Of a DNA stretch of 64,000 bases, positions 1 to 9,232 are shown in pieces; the stretch's first letter is position 1; each line of letters begins with the position of its first letter. The notes below the pieces were generated by a model. That model did no database searches. It was not told the origin of the DNA and worked only from the letters and a program-made list of their open reading frames with translations. The position numbers and the translations under genes are program-made. Source of the DNA: Thermoplasmata archaeon (lineage in GTDB: Archaea; Thermoplasmatota; Thermoplasmata; Lutacidiplasmatales; UBA184); contig JBAQAF010000049.1 in the NCBI GenBank assembly GCA_049285595.1, forward strand, positions 12,538 to 76,537. The letters are read 5' to 3'.

Positions 1-818
1 AGCAGAGGTTCCGTGAGCTCGTCAAATCGACGGGGGTACGGATCGACGCCCCCGACCGCGAGGCGGAGCGCCTCGGGCCGGTCGCCGTCCCAGCGGGCCG
101 ACACGGCCACGCCGAGCTCCGGGAAGTCGAACGCCGGACGGACGCGCAGCTTTTTGTACCGTCCGCTCCGACCGCGCGCCGCGGCCGGCAGGTGGACCGC
201 GACGAGCAGCTCTCCGGGGGCGAGCGTGAGCCGGCGGATACCGTCGCCCTCGAGATCGTAGAGCGCGCCGAGCGGGATCCGCCGCCGGCCGGCGGGTCCG
301 GCCACTTCGATCTCGGCGTCCGCGACGAGCAGGGCCGGGGCGAGGTCCCCCGAGAACGTCGCATAGCAGCGGACCTTCTGCGGCACCACGTGGCATCGGT
401 CGCCCTCCGCCTTGAGGCAGTAGCCGAGGCTCTCGCGCCAGAAGTGGCTCTGATTGAAGAAGAAGCAGCGCGTCTCGACCAGCAGATTGCCCCCGACGGT
501 CCCGCTCGCACGAACGAGCGGCGTCGCGACCTCGCCGACCGCGTCCGCGATCGCCGGCCAGCCGTCCCGCAGCGTCGGATCCCGCTCGAGATCGGCGAGG
601 CGGACCATCGCCCCCCATCGTCCCTCGCTACGCTCCTTGAGCTCCGACACGTCCTCGAGGGCGATCAGATGCGGGCGCAGATTGATGTGCATCTTGTAGT
701 TCGGGAGGAGGTCGGTCCCTCCGGCGAGGTAGTCGAACGACCCCGCCAGGCGCTCGGCGAGGCGCACCGTCTCCTCGACGGTCGTCGGCCGGTGCAGCTC
801 GAACTCATCGAGGTGCAC
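1..818 (-). CDS. Molybdenum hydroxylase (xanthine dehydrogenase/CO dehydrogenase family) FAD-binding medium subunit; 3' end runs off the window
   Basis: Absent from the ORF track because it has a GTG start at 818 and no stop inside the window. My manual reverse translation from 818 gives VHLDEFELHRPTTVEETVRLAERLAGSFDYLAGGTDLLPNYKMHINLRPHLIALEDV...GNLLVETRCFFFNQS...RYKKLRVRPAFDFPELGVAV. This shows the GGTDL FAD-binding fold typical of CoxM/XdhB-type subunits. It begins 4 nt after the large-subunit stop. Confidence 0.75.
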   Translation of the reverse strand, partial: MHLDEFELHRPTTVEETVRLAERLAGSFDYLAGGTDLLPNYKMHINLRPHLIALEDVSELKERSEGRWGAMVRLADLERDPTLRDGWPAIADAVGEVATPLVRASGTVGGNLLVETRCFFFNQSHFWRESLGYCLKAEGDRCHVVPQKVRCYATFSGDLAPALLVADAEIEVAGPAGRRRIPLGALYDLEGDGIRRLTLAPGELLVAVHLPAAARGRSGRYKKLRVRPAFDFPELGVAVSARWDGDRPEALRLAVGGVDPYPRRFDELTEPL

Positions 819-822
819 GCGC

Positions 823-3147
823 CTACGCCCCCTTCCAGCGACGGCCTTCCTTCGCGCGGAGGTCGAGAGCGCGGACGACGCGGTCCGGCGTGATCGGCAG
901 CTCGGTGAACCGGCAGCCGATCGCGTCGTAGAGCGCGTTCGCGACCACGGGGAGCGTGGCGACCAGCGGCCCCTCGCCCGCCTCCTTCGCTCCGAACGGC
1001 CCCTCCGGGTCGTCGTCCCCGACGAGGAGGACCTCGACGTCCGGCATCTGCTGCGGGGCGGGGATCTTGTACTCGAGCAGCGACGGATTGAGCAGCCGCG
1101 AACCGCGGTAGTTCATCGTCTCGCCCATCACCTGGCCGAGCCCCATGTGGATCGACCCCTCGATCTGTCCTTCCACCGCGAGCCGGTTGAGCGGTCGCCC
1201 GCAATCGAAGGCGGCCCAGATCTTGTCGACGGAGTACTCCCCCGTTTCGGCGTCGACCGTCACCTCGGCGACGTAGGCGGCGAACGAGTAGGCCGGGGCC
1301 GTTCCCGCGCGGGCCCCCTTGAACGATCCCCCCTTCGGCGACGTCTGGTACGACCCCGACGCCGTCAGGGCCCCGGTTCCCTCCATCGCACGGTGCAACG
1401 CCTCGAGGAACGGCACGCCCTGGTGCGGGTCGCCTCGGCGCTGGATCCGCTCGTGGACGACCTCGAGCTCCTCCACCGGGGTGCCCAGCAAGGCGGACGC
1501 ACCCCGCACGATCTGCCCTCGAAGGTCGAGCGCCGCGGCGCGCGCGGCGTTCCCCATCATGAACGTGACCCGACTCGAGTACGACCCGAGGTCGATGGGG
1601 CTCACGTCGGAGTCGACCCGCTGGACGTGCACGCGTTCCAGATCGACCCCGAGCACCTCGGCGACGATCATCGCGAGGAGGGTGTTCGACCCCTGCCCGA
1701 TGTCCGCTTGCATCGAGTGAACGGCGATCCCTCCGTCCATGTCGACCTTCAGGTGGACGGTCGACTGCGGCATTTTCGGGGTGAAATGGATCGGGCTGTT
1801 CGAGCCCGAAATGTAGAAGCCGCAGCCGAGCCCGACCCCGCGGCCGTACGGGAGGCGGCGGAACTTCTCCTCCCATCCGCTCTTCGTCCGCGCGGCGGAG
1901 AGGCATTTCTCGAACGAGGTCGAGGTGATGACGAACTCGTTGATCGTCGTCGAGTTCGCCTTGAGCGCATTGCGGCTTCGCAGATCGAACGGATCGATCG
2001 CGAGCTCCTCCGCGAGCCGGTCGAGGCCGACCTCGACCGAGTAGCGGATGTTCGTGCCTCCGTGCGCCCGCATCGCGCCGGACGGCGGCTTGGTCGTGTA
2101 GACGCGCCGCCCCCGGTAGCGGAAGTTCGGGACGCGGTACGGACCCATCGAGAGGACGCCGTTGTAGTACGTCGTCACCGTCCCGAACGAGCTCCACGCC
2201 CCCCCGTCGATCACCGCGTCGATGTCGTAGGCGAGGAGGTGACCGTCCGCGTCCGACGCGATCCGCACGTCGTTCTGGGTCGGATGGCGGCCGTGGTTCG
2301 TGTAGAAGACGTCCTCGCGGTCGATGAGGATCTTGACCGGTCGCCCCGTTTCGAGGGAGAGCGCCGCGCAGACGATCTCGTGGGGGAGGGGGTCCGACTT
2401 CCCTCCGAAGCCGCCGCCGACCTCGGGCTTGATGACGCGGATCCGGTGCATCGGGATCCCCAGCACCTCGGAAAGCGCCCGGTGCAGGTAGTGCGGCACC
2501 TGCGTGGCGCTCCAGACCGTGAGACGTCCGTCGGGCGTCGCCTCCGCGATCGTAACGAGCGGCTCGGTGAAGGCGTGGGTCACCCCCGCGAACGTCCCCC
2601 GGACCCGGACGGACGTAGCGGCTTCCGCGAACGCCGCATCCACGTCTCCGAAGTGCTGGACGACCTCCTTCTGGATGTTCGTCCCTTGGAACGAGCGAGC
2701 GTGGATCGGCTCGGCGACCTTGAGCAGGCCGGCCTGCGGATCGGGGTACTCCGGAAGAGGATCGACCTGGAACCGGATCAACGCGAGCGCCTCTTCCGCG
2801 GTCCGCTCGTCCTCGGCAGCGACGGCGGCGACGATGTCGCCGATGTAGCGGCTCTTGTCGACGGCGATCGCGGTCTCGTCATGCGTGATCGGGAGCACGC
2901 CGAACGGGATCGGGTACTTCTCCCCGGTGAGGACGGCGTGGACGCCCGGGTGCGCGCGCGCGGCACGGGTATCGATCGAGACGAGTCGGGCGTGGGCCCA
3001 CGGGCTCCGCAGAAGGCGCCCGACCAGCTGCCCGGACCGACGGATGTCGTCCGTGTACTCCGCGCGCCCGGTGACCTTGAGCGGCCCCTCGACGTACGGC
3101 ACCTTGGTGCCGATCAGGCGGTACGGACCGGGCGTGGAGGAGGACAT
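823..3147 (-). CDS. Molybdenum hydroxylase large (molybdopterin-binding) subunit, aldehyde oxidase/xanthine dehydrogenase family
   Basis: This is the tail of track ORF 823..3564. The true start is MSSSTPGPYRLIGTKVPYVEGPLKVTGRAEYTDD at 3147 (cat at 3145-3147). A GGGFGGK motif is present. The CODH-type AYxCSFR loop was not seen. The start shares 1 nt with the small-subunit stop (TGATG). Confidence 0.9.
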   Translation of the reverse strand: MSSSTPGPYRLIGTKVPYVEGPLKVTGRAEYTDDIRRSGQLVGRLLRSPWAHARLVSIDTRAARAHPGVHAVLTGEKYPIPFGVLPITHDETAIAVDKSRYIGDIVAAVAAEDERTAEEALALIRFQVDPLPEYPDPQAGLLKVAEPIHARSFQGTNIQKEVVQHFGDVDAAFAEAATSVRVRGTFAGVTHAFTEPLVTIAEATPDGRLTVWSATQVPHYLHRALSEVLGIPMHRIRVIKPEVGGGFGGKSDPLPHEIVCAALSLETGRPVKILIDREDVFYTNHGRHPTQNDVRIASDADGHLLAYDIDAVIDGGAWSSFGTVTTYYNGVLSMGPYRVPNFRYRGRRVYTTKPPSGAMRAHGGTNIRYSVEVGLDRLAEELAIDPFDLRSRNALKANSTTINEFVITSTSFEKCLSAARTKSGWEEKFRRLPYGRGVGLGCGFYISGSNSPIHFTPKMPQSTVHLKVDMDGGIAVHSMQADIGQGSNTLLAMIVAEVLGVDLERVHVQRVDSDVSPIDLGSYSSRVTFMMGNAARAAALDLRGQIVRGASALLGTPVEELEVVHERIQRRGDPHQGVPFLEALHRAMEGTGALTASGSYQTSPKGGSFKGARAGTAPAYSFAAYVAEVTVDAETGEYSVDKIWAAFDCGRPLNRLAVEGQIEGSIHMGLGQVMGETMNYRGSRLLNPSLLEYKIPAPQQMPDVEVLLVGDDDPEGPFGAKEAGEGPLVATLPVVANALYDAIGCRFTELPITPDRVVRALDLRAKEGRRWKGA

Positions 3148-3650
3148 CAGTCGCCTCCCCGCGCCGCCGCCTCGATCGCCTCGACGATCTTGGTGTACCC
3201 CGTGCATCGGCAGAGGTTCCCCGAGATCGCCCGTTCGATCTCCTCGCGCGTCGGGTGCGGGTGCTCTTCGAGGAACGCGGTCGCGGTCATGATGAAGCCG
3301 GGCGTGCAGAAGCCGCACTGCGTGGCGCCGTTCTCGACGAACGCACGCTGAAGTCGCGAGAGGCCCGAGCGCGGCGAGATCCCCTCGATCGTCGTGACGG
3401 CCCGGCCGTCCACGAGGCGTCCCAGGGTGAGGCAGCTCAACGTCGGGCGACCGTCGATCAAGACCGTGCAGCACCCGCAGGTGCCGAGATCGCACCCTCG
3501 CTTCGTCCCCGTGAGCCCGAGATCGTCCCGCAGGAGATCGAGGAGGATGCGCGGGGCGTCGCACGGCGTCGAGACCGGGTGGCCGTTCAGACGGAACCTA
3601 ACGGGGTCGCCGGCCGACATCGGTAGCCGTAGAGGGCGACGGGGCAGCAC
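3147..3650 (-). CDS. Molybdenum hydroxylase small subunit, [2Fe-2S]-binding (CoxS/XdhC-iron-sulfur type)
   Basis: Two Cys clusters are present: CDLGTCGCCTV and ATQCGFCTPG...CRCTGY. The start may instead be the internal MSAGDPVRFRLNG at 3620. Confidence 0.9.
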   Translation of the reverse strand: MLPRRPLRLPMSAGDPVRFRLNGHPVSTPCDAPRILLDLLRDDLGLTGTKRGCDLGTCGCCTVLIDGRPTLSCLTLGRLVDGRAVTTIEGISPRSGLSRLQRAFVENGATQCGFCTPGFIMTATAFLEEHPHPTREEIERAISGNLCRCTGYTKIVEAIEAAARGGD

Positions 3651-4443
3651 GCTCGGGAGTACGTAAGCTCGGGGGGTGGATGTCGCGCACGACCTCCGCG
3701 ACGATGCTCACCGCGATCTCGGCCGGGCTCTGGGCTCCGATCTCGACGCCCACGGGGGAGCGGATCCGCGCGAGGGTCTCCCGAGCGACGCCGCGATCGC
3801 GCAGGCGGGCGTACAGGTGCTCGCGCTTCGAAGCGCTCGCGATCAGCCCGATCGTGTTCGGGAATCGCTCGATCGCCTCCGCCAGGACCTCGAGGTCGCG
3901 CAGCGCGTCGTACCCGAGGACGTAGAGGTGAGTGAACTCGGCGGGCTCGAACGTCTCGAACAGATGGCCGGCCCGGACGACCTCCCGCCGGTCCGCGTCG
4001 GGAAAGCGGTCGCGGCCGACGTAATCGGGCCGATCGTCGGCGACGCTATGGTCGAACTCGAGGGCCGGCAGGAGTCGGGAGACCGCCTCCGCGACGTGGC
4101 CCCCGCCCCAGAGCAGGAGATTCGGCCGGGCCGGGACGAACTCGAGCGCGACGTCCACCGAGCCCCCGCACAGGCTCGCGAGCCCCCCCGGCTTCCACAC
4201 CGCGAGGTCGAAGTGCACGAGGTCTCCGGCTCGGTGTTCGATCGCGAGCCCGGCGAGCCGCTTCACCTCCTCCTCGAGGGAAGCCCCCCCGACCGTCCCG
4301 AGCGTCGATCCATCGGCGCGGACGATCATCGACGCCCCGATCTTCCCCGGCACCGAGCCGGTCGCGCGAACGACCGTCGCCCTGACGAACGTCCGGTGGT
4401 GCCGAAGGAGCCGCACGGCCTCCTCGGCGGTCCGTCGGTCCAT
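3598..4443 (-). CDS. xdhC: XdhC/CoxI-family molybdenum hydroxylase maturation factor
   Basis: The 281-aa ORF has an N-terminal XdhC_CoxI-like region (ATVVRATGSVPGKIGASMIV) and a Rossmann-like C-terminal half (LLLWGGGHVAEAV). It lies directly upstream of the hydroxylase subunits. Confidence 0.8.
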   Translation of the reverse strand: MDRRTAEEAVRLLRHHRTFVRATVVRATGSVPGKIGASMIVRADGSTLGTVGGASLEEEVKRLAGLAIEHRAGDLVHFDLAVWKPGGLASLCGGSVDVALEFVPARPNLLLWGGGHVAEAVSRLLPALEFDHSVADDRPDYVGRDRFPDADRREVVRAGHLFETFEPAEFTHLYVLGYDALRDLEVLAEAIERFPNTIGLIASASKREHLYARLRDRGVARETLARIRSPVGVEIGAQSPAEIAVSIVAEVVRDIHPPSLRTPERAAPSPSTATDVGRRPR

Positions 4444-4446
4444 GAC

Positions 4447-5055
4447 CTACTCCCCGCCGCGTCGCCGCCACTCCTCGAAGGCGGTGCGGAAGTCGTCGGG
4501 GGTGTCGATGTTATCGAGGATCCCCGGGTCGTCGACCCGGACGCGGCGAACCTGCGGCCCGAACTCGGGGATCAGCGAGCGGATCGGCGCATCGGGGCGT
4601 AGCGCGAGGAGGTCCGGGCGCAGCCGGGAGCGCCAGAGCACCGGATGCCCTCCCCGGCTCCCGGTCTCCGGGATGAACCAGAGGGCGAGCGGGTCGCTCT
4701 CGCGCGCCGCGAACAGCGAATCGAGCGTTCGATTGGCGACGAACGGATGATCGACCGGCCAGAAGAGCAGGTCGCGGTCTTCGGGGATCGCGTCGAGCCC
4801 TGCCTGCATCGACGCGGTGCGGCCCTCCCGCCAATTCTCCGCGTTGACCACGCTTACGACGAGGTCGCTGACCGCACCGACAATAGGACCATGGTGGGCG
4901 CCCGCGACGACCACGACGGGATCGTAGCCGCGTACGAGGCAGCGCGACGCGAGCGAATGTACGACCGTCTCGTTCCCGAGCGACAGCAACGCCTTGGGGA
5001 ATCCCCCGAACCGGCTCGATTCTCCGCCGCTGAGCACGAGCGCTGCGGTGGTCAT
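4447..5055 (-). CDS. mocA: MobA/MocA-like molybdenum cofactor nucleotidyltransferase
   Basis: The N-terminus AALVLSGGESSRFGG.PKALL is the NTP-transferase signature of MobA-like proteins. It is the first gene of the hydroxylase operon. Confidence 0.75.
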   Translation of the reverse strand: MTTAALVLSGGESSRFGGFPKALLSLGNETVVHSLASRCLVRGYDPVVVVAGAHHGPIVGAVSDLVVSVVNAENWREGRTASMQAGLDAIPEDRDLLFWPVDHPFVANRTLDSLFAARESDPLALWFIPETGSRGGHPVLWRSRLRPDLLALRPDAPIRSLIPEFGPQVRRVRVDDPGILDNIDTPDDFRTAFEEWRRRGGE

Positions 5056-5177
5056 CGGAGCTTCGGGGCGGCCGGTCTCCGCCGACCGCGCCAGGGGAAA
5101 GAAGGTAGTAAAGGCAACGTGGAGGCGCGCGCAGAGTCGCCGGTCCGCCTCGGTTCTCGAGGGCCGGGGTCTGATTC

Positions 5178-5185
5178 TTTAAATA
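5178..5185 (+). promoter_or_regulatory. TATA-box-like element (TTTAAATA) upstream of rps19e
   Basis: It is the only AT patch in a GC-rich intergenic region. It is centred about 30 nt upstream of the ATG at 5211, which fits a leaderless or short-leader archaeal promoter. Confidence 0.5.
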
Positions 5186-5210
5186 CACCGGCCGAGTGGG
5201 CGCCCGCTCG

Positions 5211-5666
5211 ATGGTGCATCCGAACGACGTCCCAACGTCCGCCCTGCTCGCGAAGCTGGCGGTCGAGTTGAAGAGCCGGGGAGCGGTCACGCCGCCCCCC
5301 TGGGCGGAGTTCGTCAAGACCGGCGTCCACAAGGAGCGCGCCCCGGTCCAGCCGGATTGGTGGTATCTCCGCAGCGCCTCGGTGCTTCGTAAGATCTACC
5401 TCAAGGGATACATCGGGGTCGAGCGACTGAGCGCCGAGTACGGCGGCAAGCGCGACCGGGGCAGCGCCCCCTACCACGCCCGTACCGGCTCTCGGGCGAT
5501 CCTTCGCGAGATCCTCCAGCAGCTCGAGAAATCGGGACTGGTCCAGCCGTACAAGACTCTCGGGCGTCGGGTGAGCGCTACGGGCCAAAAACTTCTCGAC
5601 ACGGTGAGCCGGGACTTGCTCCGCACGCTGGCCGCCGAGCGGCCCGTGTTGGCCAAGTACCTCTGA
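5211..5666 (+). CDS. rps19e: 30S ribosomal protein S19e
   Basis: PPWAEFVKTGVHKERAPVQPDWWYLRSASVLRKIYLKGYIGVERL...GSRAILREILQQLEKSGLV is the S19e family pattern. The track ORF starts at GTG 5196, but the ATG at 5211 fits the TATA spacing better. Confidence 0.9.
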   Translation: MVHPNDVPTSALLAKLAVELKSRGAVTPPPWAEFVKTGVHKERAPVQPDWWYLRSASVLRKIYLKGYIGVERLSAEYGGKRDRGSAPYHARTGSRAILREILQQLEKSGLVQPYKTLGRRVSATGQKLLDTVSRDLLRTLAAERPVLAKYL

Positions 5667-5696
5667 GACGTACGGGAGACCGGGCGGTGAGATGGA

Positions 5697-6056
5697 ATGT
5701 CGTACGGCGACGACCCGGAGCTCGCCGAGCTGCGTCGGCGCCGGATGCAACAGATCCAGGAGACGCAGACCGGCGACGCGGGGAACGCACAGGCGTTCGC
5801 CGCGCAGGATTCCGAGCGACAACGTCGCGAATCGGAGCGCGCGGAGGTGCTCCGGCGCATCCTCACGACCGATGCGCGCGAGCGGCTCGGTCGCATACGT
5901 CTCGCCAAGCCCGATGTAGCGAATGCCGTCGAGCAGCAACTGCTCGGCCTCGCCGCGGGCGGGCGCATCCAGCGGCCGATCGACGATCCGACCCTGCGCG
6001 CGCTGCTCGAGCGGATCGCTCCCGATCGGCGCGACATCCGCATCACACGTCGTTGA
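5697..6056 (+). CDS. PDCD5/TFAR19-family dsDNA-binding protein
   Basis: RRILTTDARERLGRIRLAKPDVANAVEQQLLGLAAGGRIQRPIDD...IRITRR matches the archaeal PDCD5-like family. Its position between S19e and L39e is the conserved one. Confidence 0.8.
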   Translation: MSYGDDPELAELRRRRMQQIQETQTGDAGNAQAFAAQDSERQRRESERAEVLRRILTTDARERLGRIRLAKPDVANAVEQQLLGLAAGGRIQRPIDDPTLRALLERIAPDRRDIRITRR

Positions 6057-6068
6057 GGAGAACCGGGC

Positions 6069-6227
6069 ATGGCGAATCGTAGGAAGAGCTTGGCGCGCAA
6101 GGTGCGCCTATTCCGCGTCGTGAAGCAGAACCGCCGCGTGCCGGCGTGGGTGATGCAGCGAACGAACCGCACGGTGTCGCGCCACCCGAAGCGCCACTCC
6201 TGGAAGCGCGGCCACCTGCACAAGTAG
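6069..6227 (+). CDS. rpl39e: 50S ribosomal protein L39e
   Basis: At 52 aa it is below the track cut-off. Manual translation gives [52 protein letters not shown] with a TAG at 6225-6227. The pattern is typical of L39e. Confidence 0.85.
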   Translation: MANRRKSLARKVRLFRVVKQNRRVPAWVMQRTNRTVSRHPKRHSWKRGHLHK

Positions 6228-6240
6228 GGAGGGAAGCACG

Positions 6241-6537
6241 ATGTCTCCGGACAAGGCCGTCGGCCGCCGAGAAGAACTCGAGCGGGAGTACGTCATTCCC
6301 CTGCGGGCGAGCCGTCACCAGCCGTCCCGCCGTCGCCGCTCGGGCCACGCGCTCGAGACGGTCCGCCGGTTCATCGTCCGTCACATGAAGGGCCGCTCCG
6401 AGGACGTGTGGATCGACCCGCGGCTGAACGAGCACATTTGGGAGCGCGGCATCCAGCATATCCCGAGCCAGGTCCGGGTCAAGGCGATCCGCTTCGAGGA
6501 CGGCCTCATCGAGGTCGACCTCCTCGAGGCCGAGTAA
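6241..6537 (+). CDS. rpl31e: 50S ribosomal protein L31e
   Basis: EREYVIPLR...RRFIVRHMKG..EDVWIDPRLNEHIWERGIQHIPSQVRVKA is the L31e pattern. Confidence 0.9.
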   Translation: MSPDKAVGRREELEREYVIPLRASRHQPSRRRRSGHALETVRRFIVRHMKGRSEDVWIDPRLNEHIWERGIQHIPSQVRVKAIRFEDGLIEVDLLEAE

Positions 6538-6547
6538 CCCCGGGAGG

Positions 6548-7225
6548 ATGGCCCGTCGCGTGCCGGTCGGTCGCACGCTGTTTGTCGGCAGCCCCTACCT
6601 CGGCGTCTTCGTTCGCGCGGGCGACCGCGCGGTGATCGTTCCCCCCTCGACGCCCGCGCCCCTGGAGCGAGAGCTCGCCCGGGTCCTCGGCACCGATCCG
6701 ATCCGCACGACCATCTGTGATTCCGAGGTCGTCGGGGCGCTGATCGCCTCGAACTCGAACGGCTTCGTCGTGGGCGACGCGCTCGACCCGCTCGAGCGGC
6801 GCGCGCTCGAGGCGGTCGCCCCGGTATCGGTCGTGCGCGACCGTCGGAACGCGCTCGGGAACAACGTGCTGGCGAACGACCGGGGGGCGCTCGTCCATCC
6901 CGAGTTCACGGACTCCGCGATCGCGGCCCTCTCGGAGGCGCTCGGAGTTCCGGCGATGCGATCGACCGTGGCCGGTCTCGGGACCGTGGGCATGGCGGGA
7001 GTGGCCACCAACCGAGGGGTCGTCCTTCACCCCAAGGCGACGGAACGCGAGGCGGCGCTCGCGGAGAAAGTGCTCGGGGTCCCGGTCCACCGGTCGAGCG
7101 CCAACTTTGGTGTGCCGGTCGTGGGTGCGTGTGTCGTCGCGAACTCGCGGGGCCTGCTGGTGGGACGGCCGACCACTCCGGTCGAGATCGTCCACCTGCA
7201 GGAAGGGCTCTCGCTGTTCGAGTGA
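6548..7225 (+). CDS. eif6: Translation initiation factor 6 (aIF6)
   Basis: The 225-aa ORF contains GSPYLGVF...NSNGFVV...NALGNNVLANDRGALVHPEF...GTVGMAGVATNRGVVLHP, the pentein repeats of the eIF6 family. Confidence 0.9.
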   Translation: MARRVPVGRTLFVGSPYLGVFVRAGDRAVIVPPSTPAPLERELARVLGTDPIRTTICDSEVVGALIASNSNGFVVGDALDPLERRALEAVAPVSVVRDRRNALGNNVLANDRGALVHPEFTDSAIAALSEALGVPAMRSTVAGLGTVGMAGVATNRGVVLHPKATEREAALAEKVLGVPVHRSSANFGVPVVGACVVANSRGLLVGRPTTPVEIVHLQEGLSLFE

Positions 7226-7274
7226 GGAAGTCGCCCGAGAAGGGCGGAAACTCCGCGCGTCCCGCGGATCCGAT

Positions 7275-7502
7275 CTACGTGCCGCGCTTTCGCTTGGTGT
7301 AGCGAACCGCGTACCCCGCGATGCGGTTCGCGAGCTTCTTGTGAACGACCGTGTACTTTCCGTCGGCCCCCTGCTTGCCGAGGTCGGTCAGCTCGAGAAC
7401 CTTCTGCTTGTTATGGGCGAAGTCGCCCCCGAACTCGGTCGGGTAGTGGCGGATCAGCTCGATCGCGACCCGCTTGATGTACGTTTGGCGGATGCTGCCC
7501 AT
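7275..7502 (-). CDS. rps17e: 30S ribosomal protein S17e
   Basis: The C-terminal 75 aa of track ORF 7275..7718 read MGSIRQTYIKRVAIELIRHYPTEFGGDFAHNKQKV...KLANRIAGYAVRYTKRKRG. The ATG is at 7502 (cat at 7500-7502). Confidence 0.85.
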   Translation of the reverse strand: MGSIRQTYIKRVAIELIRHYPTEFGGDFAHNKQKVLELTDLGKQGADGKYTVVHKKLANRIAGYAVRYTKRKRGT

Positions 7503-7525
7503 GTGCGCGGGCCGACTCGGGTTCG

Positions 7526-7535
7526 GGTTATAACC
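7526..7535 (-). promoter_or_regulatory. TATA-box-like palindrome GGTTATAACC upstream of rps17e
   Basis: It lies about 28 nt upstream of the S17e ATG on the minus strand and is an isolated AT patch. Confidence 0.45.
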
Positions 7536-7723
7536 GTTGGGAAGAGCACGAATCCCCTCCGGTCGAGGGCCGGGGGGCCCCCGGGACGACCACCCGAATC
7601 GTCGGAAGCCACAAATACCCACTCCAGGGTAAATGGGAGTGTGCAGCACGGTGGGCCCGCCCGTTCCGTGGCCCGGGATTGACCGGAGTAGGACCGGCGA
7701 CGTTGGGCGCACCTCCATCCGCG

Positions 7724-9220
7724 ATGCAGGAAGCGACCGGCGCTCCGCCGGAGCAGAAGCTGCGCGAGCGCAACGTGCTCCTCCTCGACCTGTCGAAGAG
7801 CATGCTGGCGCCGTTGCCGGATCCGGCGGGGAACCGCACCGAGCGCCAGAAGATCGAGGTCGCGCGGACCGCGGTGTTCCGCATCCTCCAGGACGCGGCG
7901 ACGACCGGGACGCCGTTCGGGCTCGTCACGTTCACCGAGACGGTCCGCGTCCCCGTTCCGCTCGGGGAGGTCCACCGCGAGAACCTCCCGTACATCGAGA
8001 ATCTCCTCGCCCTCCTGCAGCCGAGCGGCCGGTCGGCGGTCTGGGACGCGATCGCCGTCGGCGCCGACCTGTTGCGGATGGGATTGCAAGGAGTGCGCGG
8101 CAATCTCGTGCTCGTGACGGACGGCTGGGATAATGCGTCGGCCCGCTTCGGCGTGCGCGGGGAGACCGAGCCGCTGAAGGGAGGGCTCACCGATCTGGTT
8201 CCGTACATCCTGCCGCCCCACTCCGAACTGAGCCTGCGGATCGTCGGGATCGGCAGCGGGGTGGAGCGCGACCGGGGGGTCGACGCCGGGAGCATGAACG
8301 TCTTCCTCGACCAACTGCGCTCCCGGGCCCAGGAGCTCGGGCTCGCGGGCGCCTTCGGCTTCCAGGAAGTGACGACCGGCACCCAACTGTTCGCCCAGAT
8401 GGTGCAAGCCTTCCTCGACGTCGGGTACGACGACGACCGCCCTCTCGAGGAGATGCACCCGGAGGAGCTCGCGCAGCACGCCGCGAGCGCCGCGCGCGCC
8501 CTGAAGGAACCGCAGCAGCACGCCACCGTTTCCCGGCTTCGGGCCCCTCGGGTGAACGTGCCCGCCACGGACGTGAGCTATCTGGAATCGCCCGACCTGG
8601 AGGTCGGGGTCCTCTCCGCCTCGGGCGGTGCCCCCGCCTATCTCAAGGAACGGTACGGCCCGCTCGGCGAGGTGGTGGAAGCGTACATCGGCGGCCAGTA
8701 CGCGCGGGCCCTCGCCATCCTGACGGACGCCAAGGCGGTGTTGCCGCCGGTCACTCGCCTCTACTGGGAGGCGCGGATCCAGTTCGCGCAGCGGGCGGTC
8801 GTCGAGGCGGCCCGCGCGCTCTTGCAGGCGTGGAGCGAGGCCGAGAAGCTCCCCGCCGGCAGCCAGGCATCGGTCCTCCGGCGCCTCGCGCTGCTCCAGG
8901 CGCGGATGCAGAACGACAAGGAGACGGAGACCCTCGTCCGGTTCATCGACGACACCGAGCACCGTCTCGGCGGCGTCGACCCCGCGGCCCGGGAGCGACT
9001 CATGGACCTTCTCGGTCGGCTGATGGAGCTCCGGGGCACGTACCAATTGACGCGGCTCGCCGGCGAGGGGGACCTCCAGGATGCCGCCCTCCGGCACGAG
9101 GCGGCGGTCGAGGACGTCTTCGGGCGTCTCCAGGACGCCCGCCTCGAATTCTCGAGCGCCGGGGCGATCGTCGAGGGGGCGCTCGATTTTATCGAGATAT
9201 GTCTCGCGGAGATGCGGTAG
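7724..9220 (+). CDS. von Willebrand factor A (vWA) domain protein with a ~300-aa alpha-helical C-terminal domain
   Basis: MIDAS-type motifs are present: LLLDLSKSM (DxSxS), SGRSAVWDAI and LVLVTDGWDN. The C-terminal half is helical and TPR-like (YIGGQYARALAILTDAK...YWEARIQFAQRAV). The track ORF begins at TTG 7679; the ATG at 7724 (MQEATG) is preferred. Confidence 0.7.
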   Translation: MQEATGAPPEQKLRERNVLLLDLSKSMLAPLPDPAGNRTERQKIEVARTAVFRILQDAATTGTPFGLVTFTETVRVPVPLGEVHRENLPYIENLLALLQPSGRSAVWDAIAVGADLLRMGLQGVRGNLVLVTDGWDNASARFGVRGETEPLKGGLTDLVPYILPPHSELSLRIVGIGSGVERDRGVDAGSMNVFLDQLRSRAQELGLAGAFGFQEVTTGTQLFAQMVQAFLDVGYDDDRPLEEMHPEELAQHAASAARALKEPQQHATVSRLRAPRVNVPATDVSYLESPDLEVGVLSASGGAPAYLKERYGPLGEVVEAYIGGQYARALAILTDAKAVLPPVTRLYWEARIQFAQRAVVEAARALLQAWSEAEKLPAGSQASVLRRLALLQARMQNDKETETLVRFIDDTEHRLGGVDPAARERLMDLLGRLMELRGTYQLTRLAGEGDLQDAALRHEAAVEDVFGRLQDARLEFSSAGAIVEGALDFIEICLAEMR

Positions 9221-9232
9221 GAGTTTCCCACC

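Noticed and set aside
665-3564. N-terminal extensions and alternative frames around the hydroxylase large subunit (823..3564 as 913 aa; 665..2197; 1147..3351).
   Set aside because: The conserved large-subunit sequence begins at MSSSTPGPYRLIG (3147), exactly at the small-subunit stop. The extra 139 codons overlap the small-subunit gene out of frame. The other ORFs are off-frame or antisense.
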